Shown here in pieces: positions 12,801 through 24,800 of a stretch of 64,000 nt of DNA. The notes under the pieces are model-generated. The model was not told the origin of the DNA. It did not search any database and was given only the letters and a program-made list of their open reading frames with translations. Source of the DNA: Squalus acanthias (lineage: Eukaryota); contig CM059432.1 of the NCBI GenBank assembly GCA_030390025.1, forward strand, positions 34,660,001 to 34,724,000, in the 5' to 3' direction. A program made the translations under genes and the position numbers. How positions within the stretch are numbered: position 1 is the first letter of the stretch; the number at the start of each line of letters is the position of its first letter.

Positions 12801-15800
12801 AGGCTCTTTCCAATTCTTAAAGGGGAGGTTCATTCATGCTGCAGAACCTCATTCTCAGCTTTTCTGCCTGTGAACCTGTGTCAGCAAGCAGGAGCAGGCC
12901 AAGCCCAAGGAGCCAGACGACTCAACCAGCTGTACTCATGGCAGATCCACACTCCAGGGAGAGAGCCTGCAGATTTTCGGACCAAGCATTGGAGGAGTTG
13001 GTGTCCGCTGTGGAGAGAGGGAGGGCGGTGCTCTACCCAGCAAGTGGCAGGGGGCCCTCGCCGCAAGTCTTCTGCGCCATGTGGAGGGAGGTTGCCCAGC
13101 AGGTCTCGGGCAGCACTGTGGTCCCCAGGACCCACACACAGTGCAGGAAGAAATTTAACGACCTCACTCTGGTGGTCAGGGTGAGTCAATGCTTCAACAA
13201 ATGCTTCATACCACCATCTGAACCTCAGTCTGCACACACTGCCCAAAGCACCAGACCCCCAGCACTCACCCACCAACAATCTCCACCTACCAACACTCAC
13301 ACCCACATCTCACACGTTGCACACAATGACAGCTATTCAACTATGGCAGGCACATCACCCAAACACATTGCTCCCACTCACTCACACACTTTCCTTTCTC
13401 TTGCAGGCCAAGGTGGCTCACAACAGGAGGGAGCAGGAGCGCACAGGCGGGGGACAAGCCGACACCCAACCACTGTCTGCGCTAGAAAATAGAGTGCTGG
13501 AGATTATTGGGCGCCAGGTGGTGGGCGCCGTGGCCACCGGCGACGTTGACCCCCTTGGGGACAACAATCATATGTTCATCCCTACTCCTTCTTCTCACAT
13601 CCCACTTCCCCCTCACCACACAAGCCTTTCGCACGTTCGCACAGCTAATCAAGCTGTATTTCTCCATCCCTGCCCCCCTCCTCTCACCTTAACCCGTCTC
13701 CTGTGCCTTTATGCTTTCAGATAATTAGCAAACACCGGAGAAGCCTGTTCCTGAGGGTACCATAGAGAGCGAGGCGGGAGAAGAGGAGGAGAAGAACACA
13801 CCATGTCACTGCATGTCTCACCCGCAGGCACCAGCTCAGATACTGGCACTATGCGTTCTTTAGAGGCTAGTAAAGTAGTGGGGTCTGCACAGGGTGATGC
13901 ACTGGGGACGAGCGGGCTGCAGCAAGGCTGGGGGAAAGGGTAGCTCAGGGGCCAGCTCCCCGGAGGGCGAAGTTCTGCTGCACAGGACTCAGATGAGGAC
14001 CTCGATGGGGAGGCCTTTAGAAGAAGGGTGATGGCCATGCACAAGGAGATGACAGGTGCAATGGCAAGGGTGCCCGAGAGTCTGTCGGCTGTGGTAAGGA
14101 GTGTGGATGAGTCTGCCTCCAACATTGCACAAAGCTCTGCGCACACCATGGAGCCCATCATTTCCGGTCTGGAAAGGACGGTAGACTCCCAGAGAGACCG
14201 TGGTGACCCAGAACTGATGCCACGTGTGATGGGCAATGTCGCAGCTTCCATTGCAACACAGGCGGAAGTGACGCAATGTCTTAGTGCTGTAATGCAGTCT
14301 ATGGTTGGTGGCATCCAATCTCAGACTGCTCTCATCCAGTCTCAGCTTGATGCCATGCAAGCTCTGACTGCTGCCATCATGGCTGGGTCTACCACCGTCA
14401 ATCGGGGCTTTCATGGTGTCGCAGCAGGCCAGCAATCTGTGCTCCAACAGATTGGTAGTGATGCTGAGGTGCTGCCCTGGGGGAGTGGCAGTGGGTCAGT
14501 GGAGCAGGAAGCTGCTGTCCTCTCTCAGGATGCTAGCATTCCTGCTCCCACCACTGCCACTCTGCCATTGCCCTTGTCACTCCCTGTCATCCAGCCAGCC
14601 CAGACTGCTGCTGCCCATGCTGAGATGGTGCAGTCTACAGCCGGGCCTTCCAGGCCCACATCGGGTCGAGGGCGTCCTGCATGGCCATCTGAAGTCTCCC
14701 GCACGGACACTCAGCAGCCTTCCACCCGCTGTGCTGCAGCCACTGGGCCAACACTTCGTAGGAGCACTAGAGTAGGCAAAGGCACGGTAACGACAGGCAC
14801 TAAGGGATTGCACAAGGGTGAATAGCTAATATTGTTGTTGTAAGATGTGTTCACTGATTATTGATAAATTGATTAATTCACTTTGGATAATTTTGTGGTG
14901 TCTCTCATTTCAGCTGTGCGCTGTGATATGGCCTGTGACAGGAATGGAATGATGGGGATGTGGTGAGCAACGGGGATTTGGGGTTGAATTTACTGGAACC
15001 GCAGTCTGATGAGGCGGTCACGGACCGCCCTTCCAGAAGGCCGATTGCGTGACTGCCTCCTCCCTCGCTCCTATTCCTCTTCCTCCTCCTTGTCTTCCTC
15101 AGCCTCCTCCTGAGGTGGTCCCGCAATCTCTGATGGCAAGGGCTAGGCCCTTGTGATGGCCAGATTGTGGCGCATGCAGCACACCATGACGAAATGGGAC
15201 ACCCACTCCAGCGAGTACTGGAGTGCTCCTCCCGAGCGGTCAGGGCAGCGGAACCATTGCTTGATCACCCCGATGATCTGCTCAATGATGTTCCTGGTGG
15301 CGGCATGGCTCTCATTATATGAGTGCTGCGCAGGACTGCTGGGGTTGCGGAGGGGAGTCATGAGCCAGGTGGAGGGCGGATTGCCCTTGTCTCCGACCAG
15401 TCAGCCGCAAGATGAAGGCATCGTGGCTGCTGCCAGGATAGCGGGCATTCACATTGAGGATTCGCTGTCTGTGGTCGCACACCAGCTGCACATTAAGTGA
15501 GTGGTAGCCTTTGTGGTTACGGAAGATCTCAGGATTGTTATGCGGTGCTCGCAAAGCCACATGGGTGCAGTCGATGGCGCCCTGCACCATGGGGAATCCC
15601 GCTATCCTGGCAAAGCCACATGCACGCTTGTCCTGCTTTTCTCTGGTGATGGGGAAGGAAAAGTAGTCCCTTCTCCTACTGTAGAGAGCCTTTGTGACCT
15701 CCCGGATGCAGCGATGGACAGCGAACTGCGAGATTTTAGCTATATCTCCTATTGCAGACTGGAAGGATCCGCTGGCGAAGAAATTGAGGGCGACGGTGAC

Positions 15801-18800
15801 CTTGAGTGCCACTGAGCCATGGTCGCCCTGATCTGAGGCTCGAGGTCTGGTTGCAGGAGGTGGCAGAGTTCTGTGACCACCTCCTTGGTGAAGCGGAGCC
15901 TCCTAATACACTGCTCCTCGCATAATTGGAGGTAGGAGAAATGCTCTCGGAATACCCTCGGAGGGTAAGGCCTCCTGTTGAGAGCCCTGATGGCCCTCCT
16001 CCTCCCCCTGGCCACATGTTCCAATCTTTCTCGCTGCCTGCGCTCCCTCCGGCGTAGATCCTGGAGGGTGAGGTCGATTGCCAGTACAGGCCCCATTAAT
16101 GTAAGGAAGTGTAGCACTTTGATATTTTGTGAGAATAAATGTAACTAAGTTTTAGAAGCCGCAACACTTAATTCAACTCTTGAACTATCTCAAACTGACA
16201 AGGAAGCAGCGAAACACCACTAACCTGACAGCTGCGACTCATTAGTCATGATCCCTTTAAATAACGTCCCTGGAGCCAGCATCTGCCTGCTTGACGCCTC
16301 CTCTCCCTGTCGCTGTCGGGATTAGGCTCTAAGTCAGGGGGCAATACTCAATTTGGCAGATCGGGCGCCCAGTGAGCGTTGCACACTCGCGGACATCACG
16401 ATCTGCCTGGCGCTGACTTGTAGCGGTGGCGTTACGGGGAGGGCGAATTTAGCGTGTGGCTCTGGATTTGCCTCGCCACAGTGCTACTGCCTCAGCGCCC
16501 CGGCCAGCCGCTAACTGGAGGCGCTAAGGTACCAAATTTCACCCCCATGCTGTATTAGCTTTTTAAGTATCAGCTCGAAGTGATACCACCACGCTCACGA
16601 CCGCGAAAGTTCTTATGGAACCAGTTATTTTGAGGTGGGGAGATCGAGGTGGTCGATAATGATAATGGAGCGTGATTTGTGGGCTAGGTCATGAAAAAAT
16701 GTGCACTATGTTAGGGATAGAGCAGAAATTCCACATCCTATAGCACCCGCAAGTGTCAGGCTTGGTGAAAAGAACAAATGGAACGGTTAAAACTATGTTG
16801 AAGAAAGTAGTCAATGAGACTGAGATTTTAAAATACCCTGACAGTGCAGCACTCCCTCAGTACTGTACTGGAGTGTCAGCCTAGATTTTGTGCTCAAGTC
16901 TCTGGAGTGGGACTTGAACCCACAACCTTGTGACTCGGAGGTGAGAGTGCTACCCACTGAGCCAAGGCTGACTCTTTAACTTTTAGGGGGTTGTGTGGCG
17001 TAGGTAAGGGCTCCAACAACATCCAAATGAAAGAAGCCCCCAGTCTCACCAGGGCATTCCTTTACCTTAGCAAAGGCATCTCTGCCGTACGTAGCTTCCT
17101 GTACCGTGTGACCCTTTTCAATCACTTCACCCCCTCCTGTAGCTACGGTACGATGGAGAAGGGTCTTCCTCACAGTGTCTGGCTCCGTCATGGTGATCTC
17201 TGCGATCTGTGAGACCAGGTAGCCGTTGCTAATTGAGGCAGCGTCACTCTCTGTGATAAACATTAGGTTCCCCTGTGAAAGAAAACACAATCAGGAATCA
17301 ACAAAGGCAGCAAGGACACACTAGAGAACTGTGGGATATGTTCTTTTTGTACATTGACAATGTGTGCTCACAGAGGAATCATGGGATATGCCACATATAC
17401 ATGAACTGTGGGTGCACACTGAGGAATCATGGGATGCACTAGTCATATCCATGAACAGCATCTATATACTGAGGAATAATGGGATTGGTTCTTCATATCC
17501 TCACACAGCAGGTAAATTTGTACCCATGAACACTAAGTACACACTGAGGAATTCTGGGATACGCTAGCAGTACCACTGTATACACACTGAGGAATCATGG
17601 GATAGGTTATTATCCCCTTAAACAGCAGCCAGCTGGCATGGGCCTTGTCATTTGTATCATAAAAACAGGTGTGCACCATAGAACAATGGAATACACAATG
17701 GGGGAAAAATTCGGTGTCGCCCCTTTTGGGGCGCTAACGTTTAGCGCCCCGAAAAAATTAGCTCCCCTCTGCCTGAAATTCAGTTGTAGCGCCCCAAGCA
17801 GGAGGTGGAGCACAACTGAAACCGCTCCACCGCCTTCTTGGGGCGCTACAACTGAATATCGCGGCACTATGTGCAACAGCGATTAAAGGGGAGGGGCCTA
17901 GCGCTGCGCGCACCAGGGCCCTGCTAGACCACTGGGGAGCGAGGTGCCGTAAAAACAGCCCGGCACTCAAGAGGAGTGACGGGCTGAGCGATCGCGGCCG
18001 GCACCCTGAAGAAAAAAGGGTAAGGGGGCAGGTGCTGGCAGTCGGCCAAAAAAAAGGCCGCCCAACACCTGCCCTTTAAGTAGCGCCGCGGTGGCTGCAA
18101 AAAGGCCACCCTGATACTGTCGGACATATCGTCCGGCGATAGGTCAGGGGGCGCAACCCAAGTTTGCGGCCGGGGCGCGAGCGGGGCGCTGCGCTCGGTG
18201 ATGACATCATCACCGGAGGCGCAGCATCGCGGGGCGCTACCGGCTACCGCTGCCACTAACCTCCCGCTGAATTTCCCGGGAGGCATTAGTGGTGCCGCGC
18301 CCAGCCGCTAGGGGATTTGCGCCCGGTTAGCGCCCCTGGGGGCGCTATCGAGAGGTGCAAATCAACCCAGTTTCTCCCCAATATACCTGTAAGTAATGGA
18401 TGCAGCATAACCAACAGATGAATCTATAGACTATACACTGACCACAGAATGAAATATAGCTCAGTGCAGTGAGCACATCATAATTATTAATTATCTGAAA
18501 AAGCCTATCTTCCAGTGAGGAAGAGAGTATCCCGTCAGTTTGACATCTGGGAGGCAATCCCAGCACTGAACACGTTCCTCGTTCAATTTCATCTCAGAAA
18601 GGATGAGCAGGGAAAGGAAATGATGTCATGGCGTGAAGGAAGCCTGTAAGACCATCTCTCCCTCAGCTGTCACCATCCCCCCGCCCCAACTTTTTTTCAG
18701 ACTTCATTCTCAGGATGTAGACATCGCTGGCAAGACCGGATTTATTGTCCATCCAGAGTTGCCCTCAGAAGGTGGTGGTGGATCTTCTTCTTTAACCGCA

Positions 18801-21800
18801 GTGGTTTGATACGATTGAGTTTCTTGCGAGGCCACTTCAGAGGGCGGTTAAGAGTCAACCATGTCGATGGGGGACTGGAGTCACGTATAGGCCAGACCGG
18901 GTAAGGACGGCAGGTTTCCTTCCCTGAAGGACATCAGTGAACCAGTTGGGTTTGAGAAATTCAACCGGGTAGTTGCAGAGAAACTATTTCCTCTGCTGGG
19001 TAAATCCAGAACAAGTGGCCACAATCTTAAAATTAGAGCTGGGCCATTCAGGAGTGAAATTATTTCACACAAAGGGTATTGGAAATCTGGAACTTACTTG
19101 CCCAAAAGGCCGTGGATGCTGAGCCAATTGGAGCTTTCAAGACTGAGATCGATAGATTTTTGTTAGGTAAGGGTATCAGAGGAAATGGTTTCTCTGCAAC
19201 TACCCTGTTAAATTTCTTCATCATTTTAAAGACCTATTAATTCTGAACCTATATATTTAACAGATTAATAACAATAGAATTAAAAATGGAGCTGCGGCTG
19301 GGAGGCTGAGTTGAGGTACAGATCAGCCATGATTGAATTGAATGGCTGAAGAGGACCGAGGGGCTGAATGGTCCTGTTCCAATGTTCTTATGTAAAACAA
19401 TTATTAATCAAAGTTTATCCTCACCAAATGTAAGATGGTGGCCAAGATTTTGTAGATGGTGTCAATTTCGTTGTCACTGAACCCGATGACTTTCATTGCA
19501 TCCATTACCACCTTGAAGTTCGCCTTGTCATTGATCACAGACTGGAAATGGATCGAAGTGCATGTGAAGAAAAGAAATTGGCAGAGTTAACACCGAGCTA
19601 TGTGGCAATGGATTATGTAGAAGTTGACAGGTACAGGCTGTCAGGAACTTACTGGCTGAGACAGAGAAAAGAGAGTCAGCTGCCTCAATCCTGAGAGGAT
19701 TGATCTCACATTGGGCAGTTTTTTACCCAAAGGGTTGCGGAAATGTGGAAATCTCTGCCCCAAAAGGCTGTGGATGCTTCATCAATCAAAATTTTCAAGA
19801 CTGAGATCGGTAGGCTTTTGTTAGGTAAGGGTATCAAGGGATATGGATCAAAGCTGAGTGAATGGAGTTGAGGTAGAATTAACCATGATCTAATTAAATG
19901 GCAGAACAGGCTTAAGGGGCTGAATGGCCTATACCTTTTCCTATGTTCCTTCCGTTGCATTCGTGCTGTAACTCCTGGAGTTTTGATCTTGACCTGTGGG
20001 GGCGGAGCCTTCACATGCCTCAAACAAAGCTACTGATGCAGGAGGGGGCAAGGCTGGGAGTTTGGGACCCCTTACACCAGGAGTTGCCATGTCCCCGGCC
20101 TCGCAGGGGCCTGGGAGATCATCAGCATACTAGGCCGCCGAATAGCGGATGTGGAGCCAAGCCTGGGTGTCCAGGCCAGGGCTGCAGCCTGAATTGTTGA
20201 AAAGGGGAGAGGGGCTCATTTCTTTGCTCAATAGTTTTACAAAGAAAGTCATGAGGGCAGCTCCAGTGTTGCTGGTGGAGGGAATCCAGCAACCCCTCTC
20301 AGCACTGCAGTGTGTGGGCATTCTAAAGTAAATTGGGAAAAACCTCACCATGGGTTGTACAATATCCCTGATATTCCATGAGACCCTTCCACAGCCCTGA
20401 TACCCTGTGAGGTCCTTCCACAGCCCTGATATCCTGTGAGGTCCTTCCACAACCCTGATATCCTGTGAGGTCCTTCCACAGCCCTGATATCCTGTGAGGT
20501 CCTTCCACAGCCCTGATATCCTGTGAGGTCCTTCCACAGCCCTGATACCCTGTGAGGTCCTTCCACAGCCCTGATACCCTGTGAGGTCCTTCCACAGCCC
20601 TGATACCCTGTGAGGTCCTTCCACAGCCCTGATACCCTGTGAGGTCCTTCCACAGCCCTGATACCCTGTGAGGTCCTACCACACCACAGCCCTGATACCC
20701 TGTGAGGTCCTTCCACACCACAGTCCTGATAACTGACCAAGTTCAAACACAGCCTTTACTCAAAATCCAAGCAAGTTCATTTTCCAGCATGAGTCACTGG
20801 AATCAGTTATGGGCATAAGGAATTCTGCAAGAAATGGAGGCAAGTAGTTTTTTTAAGATGAAACGTTACATCTACAAAATCCAAAGAACTTAAGAATTTT
20901 TTGTAATGGAGCATTCCCACCATTTATCATTTTCCCCAGTCTATCCACGTAACTGAAGTCCCTCATTCCTGGAATCATTCTTGTAAATCTTTTCTGCACC
21001 CTCTCTAAGATCCTTCACATCCTTCCTAAAGTGCGGTGCCCAGAATTGGACACAATACTCCAATTGAGGCTGAACCAGTGTTTTATAAAGGTTCATCATA
21101 ATTTCCACGCTTTTGTACTCTATACCTTTATTCATGAAGCCCAGGATCCCGTAAGCTTTTTTAACTGCTTTCTCAACCTGCCCTGCCACCTTCAACAATT
21201 CAACAAACATCAGGGTGATGCTGAGCAGAGGCTGGGCAGCACGGGTTAAAGATAGGTCATAATTCTCCGAAACTTCCTCGCAACTAATGAGGCTCCACAT
21301 CGCCAATAGTACCTCACGAAATGAATCTTGTTATGAAGCCAAAGGCGACAGTCATTTTGCACACGGCAAAATCTCACTAACAGCAATGAGATAAATAACC
21401 AGCTAATCTGTTTTTTTTTTAGTAACATTGGTTGAGGGAGGAATATTGGCCAGGACACCATGACAGAGGTCCTCTTGGGTGAAATGCTAGTGTGCTGCAG
21501 AACCAGACTCCATACTTCTGGGGGAAGAAGGAAGAATGGAAGCGATAATAGTGGATCATAGTAATGGGTGAGAAAGTCTAGATTGAGTGGGGGTAACTTT
21601 CAACTTCGCCGCCTGGTCGGTAACCAGCAGAGCGGATTGCCCGTCCAGGTGGTAAAAAACAAGGTGGGTTCGAACAACTGAGTGCTGATACTTGCAGTTA
21701 TTTCCGGACTATTGTCTCTCGTCTATATAATTAGCAGCAATAGACAGCTTGGCAGTTCACCAGCCATCTACTCAAGTACAACCAAATTAGGAAAGGAATA

Positions 21801-24800
21801 AAAATATTGCTTTTTTTCTGTGTAACCACATCCTTTCTAATAACAGAAGCTGCATGCAGCAGCAGGACTGGGCAGGTACTAAATCTTTCCTCTTCAGATA
21901 TCGCCTCATCTCCATTGTGGACCTGCCTAGATTCCTGGGCTGTGGATTCCTTTTAGAACTGCTTGTTGATGGGTCGCACTTTCACTTTAGTGACACATGC
22001 ACACATTCTCTCCATACTGACACATGGACATTCTCTCCCCATAGTGACACTCTCTCCTCATAGTGACACACTCACGCTCTCTCCCATTCATGACATGTAC
22101 ACATACTCTCTCCATAGGGACACAGGCATACACTCTCTCCCTGTGGTGATGTATTCTCCATGTAGGAACAAATGTAATTTACTTAAAGGGCTATCCAGAG
22201 CCAAGTGGGTCTCCAGTGTTCAGGTCGACCCTCCGGGTACCATCAATGAGGCAGACTGGATAAACAGTGCCCTTAGTGAGTCGGCCATAGTCAACTTGGT
22301 TCCAATAGCCAAGCATGTCATCTTGGAAGGATATACTTGCCATAGAGGGAGTGCAATGAAGGTTCATGAGATTGATTCCTGGGATGGCGGGACTGTCGTA
22401 TGAGAAGAGATTGAGTAAACTAGGCCTGTACTCTCTTGAATTCAGAAGAATGAGAGGGGATCTCATTGAAGCATACAAAATTATTACAGGACTTGATAGG
22501 GTGGATGCTGGGAGAATGTTTCCCTTGGCTGGGGAGTCTAGAACCAGGGGCCACAGCCTCAGGATAAAGGGTAGGCCATTCAGGACTGAGATGAGAAGAC
22601 ATTTCTTCACACAGAGGGTGGTGAATCTTTGGAATTCTCTACCCCAGAGGGTTGTGGAGGCTCAGTCATTGGGTATATTCAAAACAGAAGTCGATAGATT
22701 TCTGACTAGTAAGGGCATCAAGGGATATGGCGATAAGGCCGGTGAATGGAATTGAGGCAGAAGATCAGCCATGATCTCATTGAATGGCAGAGCAGGCTCG
22801 AAGGGCCGAATGGCTTACTCCTGCTCCTAGTTTTTATGTTCTTATGGAGCCAAATATCCTACTAGTGTATCAGGTGCAGCTATAACATGACATTCTGGGG
22901 GAAAAATTCAGCTGCTTGCGCCTCCCGTTAGCGCCTTAAGAGGGCGCTAATGGGGCGTAAAGCAGCTAACGCCCGGGCGCAGCGCCGCCCACGCCTCCCG
23001 CAAAATTCAGCGGGAGGTTAGCGGCGGCGCCAGCCGGTAGCGCCCTGTGGCGCTGCGCCGCCGGCGATGACGTCATCGCCGTGCGCAGCACCCCGCTCGC
23101 GCTCCAGCCGCGATCTTCAGTCGCGCCCCCTGATTTACCGCCAGACGCTATGTCCAACGGGTTCAGGGAGGCGTACGTGCGGCCGGGGCGGCGATATTTA
23201 AAGGGGAGGTGGCAGGCGGCCATTTTTGTAGCTGGCCGCCTGCCAGCACCTGCCCCCGTTGCTGTCCCCGGCCCCCGTGAAGCCCCCCCACCGTGAAGTG
23301 CCGGCTGCGCTCCAAGAGCCCGGCACTTCTCTTGAGTGCCGGGCTCTTTTGCCGGCACTCCCGATCCCTGGAGGCCCAGCTGGGCCCCGGTTCGCGCTGC
23401 GCAGGGTCCCTCCCCTTTAAGAAGGGAGGAAGGCCTGCAATACCGCGGCGCGACGTGCCGCAGCGCCTGGCGCTGCGGCACGTAGCGCCAGGATATTCCC
23501 TCACAGCGCCCCAAGAGGGATGCGGGGTGCTTCCAGTGGCGCCCCGCTTCCCTCTTGGGGCGCAACCACTGAAGTTCCGGCGCGGGGCCGCTAATTTTTT
23601 CGGGGCGCTAAAAGTAGCGCCCCGGCGAGGTTAGCGCCCCAAATGGGGCGCGACTCAATTTTTACCCCTAGATCTATTTTGGTGAGCACCACATGCTTTT
23701 TGGAAAGTTAATTTCAATCCAGAAAGAGTTCGCCCCACGTGTACTTACGTTGGCAGTAGCTCCATCTCTAGTGAATGCGTATTCTGCACCATCTCTCTGT
23801 AAGTACAGGGACTGCAACAGCACATCAGAGCCTCCCAGGATCAGCTGAAAATGGCAAAAAAGGGCAGAGGATTTCTACAAATGTTTCTGGTCTAGTATGC
23901 ATAATCATGAGTACACGTGATTAATTCTTTACGGTGTGTATTCTTTAGCGCAGTTTTGAAACTTTTAAATTGGGGAGACCCCATGCATTGCACAGAAGTC
24001 TCCTGACATTTATATAACATAATTCCACATAAACCATTCTCTCTCCCCTTCATACTTTGAGGAACTTCAGGAACTTGACACCAAAAATTTCACTCTATGA
24101 ACCATGAACCAGTTCCAATATTTTTCAATTTTGCTCTTGAGATGTAGGCAACACTGGCAAGGCTGCATTTAACCATCCTCAGGTGCCCTGACAACTGGGT
24201 GGCTTGTCTTTCGGATGAGACATTAAACCAAGGCCCCATCTGCTCTCTCAGGTGGACGTAAAAGATCCTATGGCACTATTTTGAAGAAGAGCAGGGGAGT
24301 TATCCCTGGTGTCCTGGCCAATATTTATCTCTCAATCAACATCACTAAAACAGAGTATCTGGTCATTATCACAGTGCTGTTTGTGGGAGCTTGCTGTGCA
24401 CAAATTGGCTGCCGTGCTTCCTAGATTACAACAATGACTACACTTCAAAAAAGTACTTCATTGGCAGTAAAGCACTTTGGGATGTCCGGTGGTCATGGAA
24501 GGCGCTATATAAATGCAAGTCTTTCTTTCCTGTTAGACCACTTCAGAGGCCATTAAGAATCAACCACATAGTGTGAGACTGGAGTCACATGTCAGTCAGA
24601 CCAGGTAGGGGTGCAAGGTCCCTTCCTTGAAGGACATTTGTGAACCAGTGATATTTTTACAGCAATCCAGCAGCTTTCATGGCCACTTTTCTGGTGCCAG
24701 CCCACAAATGATCAGATTTATTGAATTTAATGACACTACTTGCCCTGGTTGGATTAGAACTCATGACCTTTTGACTTCGAGGCAAGAGTGCTACCACTGA

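Larger units (their letters stand above)
12580..16546. mobile_element. PIF/Harbinger family A, full-length defective copy 2
   Basis: TIRs GGGGGAGAATTC ... AAATTTCACCCCC; TSD ATG; colinear with 4965-8910 and in the same orientation. Confidence 0.92.

Noticed and set aside
16900..16972. tRNA-like A/B boxes (also near 29440, 35330, 57715)
   Set aside because: These are SINE heads, not complete tRNA cloverleafs
20130..20746. Several 130-160 aa repetitive ORFs
   Set aside because: Translations of the 29-bp minisatellite
22897..23668. CpG-island-like GC-rich blocks and their ORFs (also 17700-18379, 30380-31336)
   Set aside because: Fully explained as TIR-bounded MITEs; the ORFs reflect GC richness
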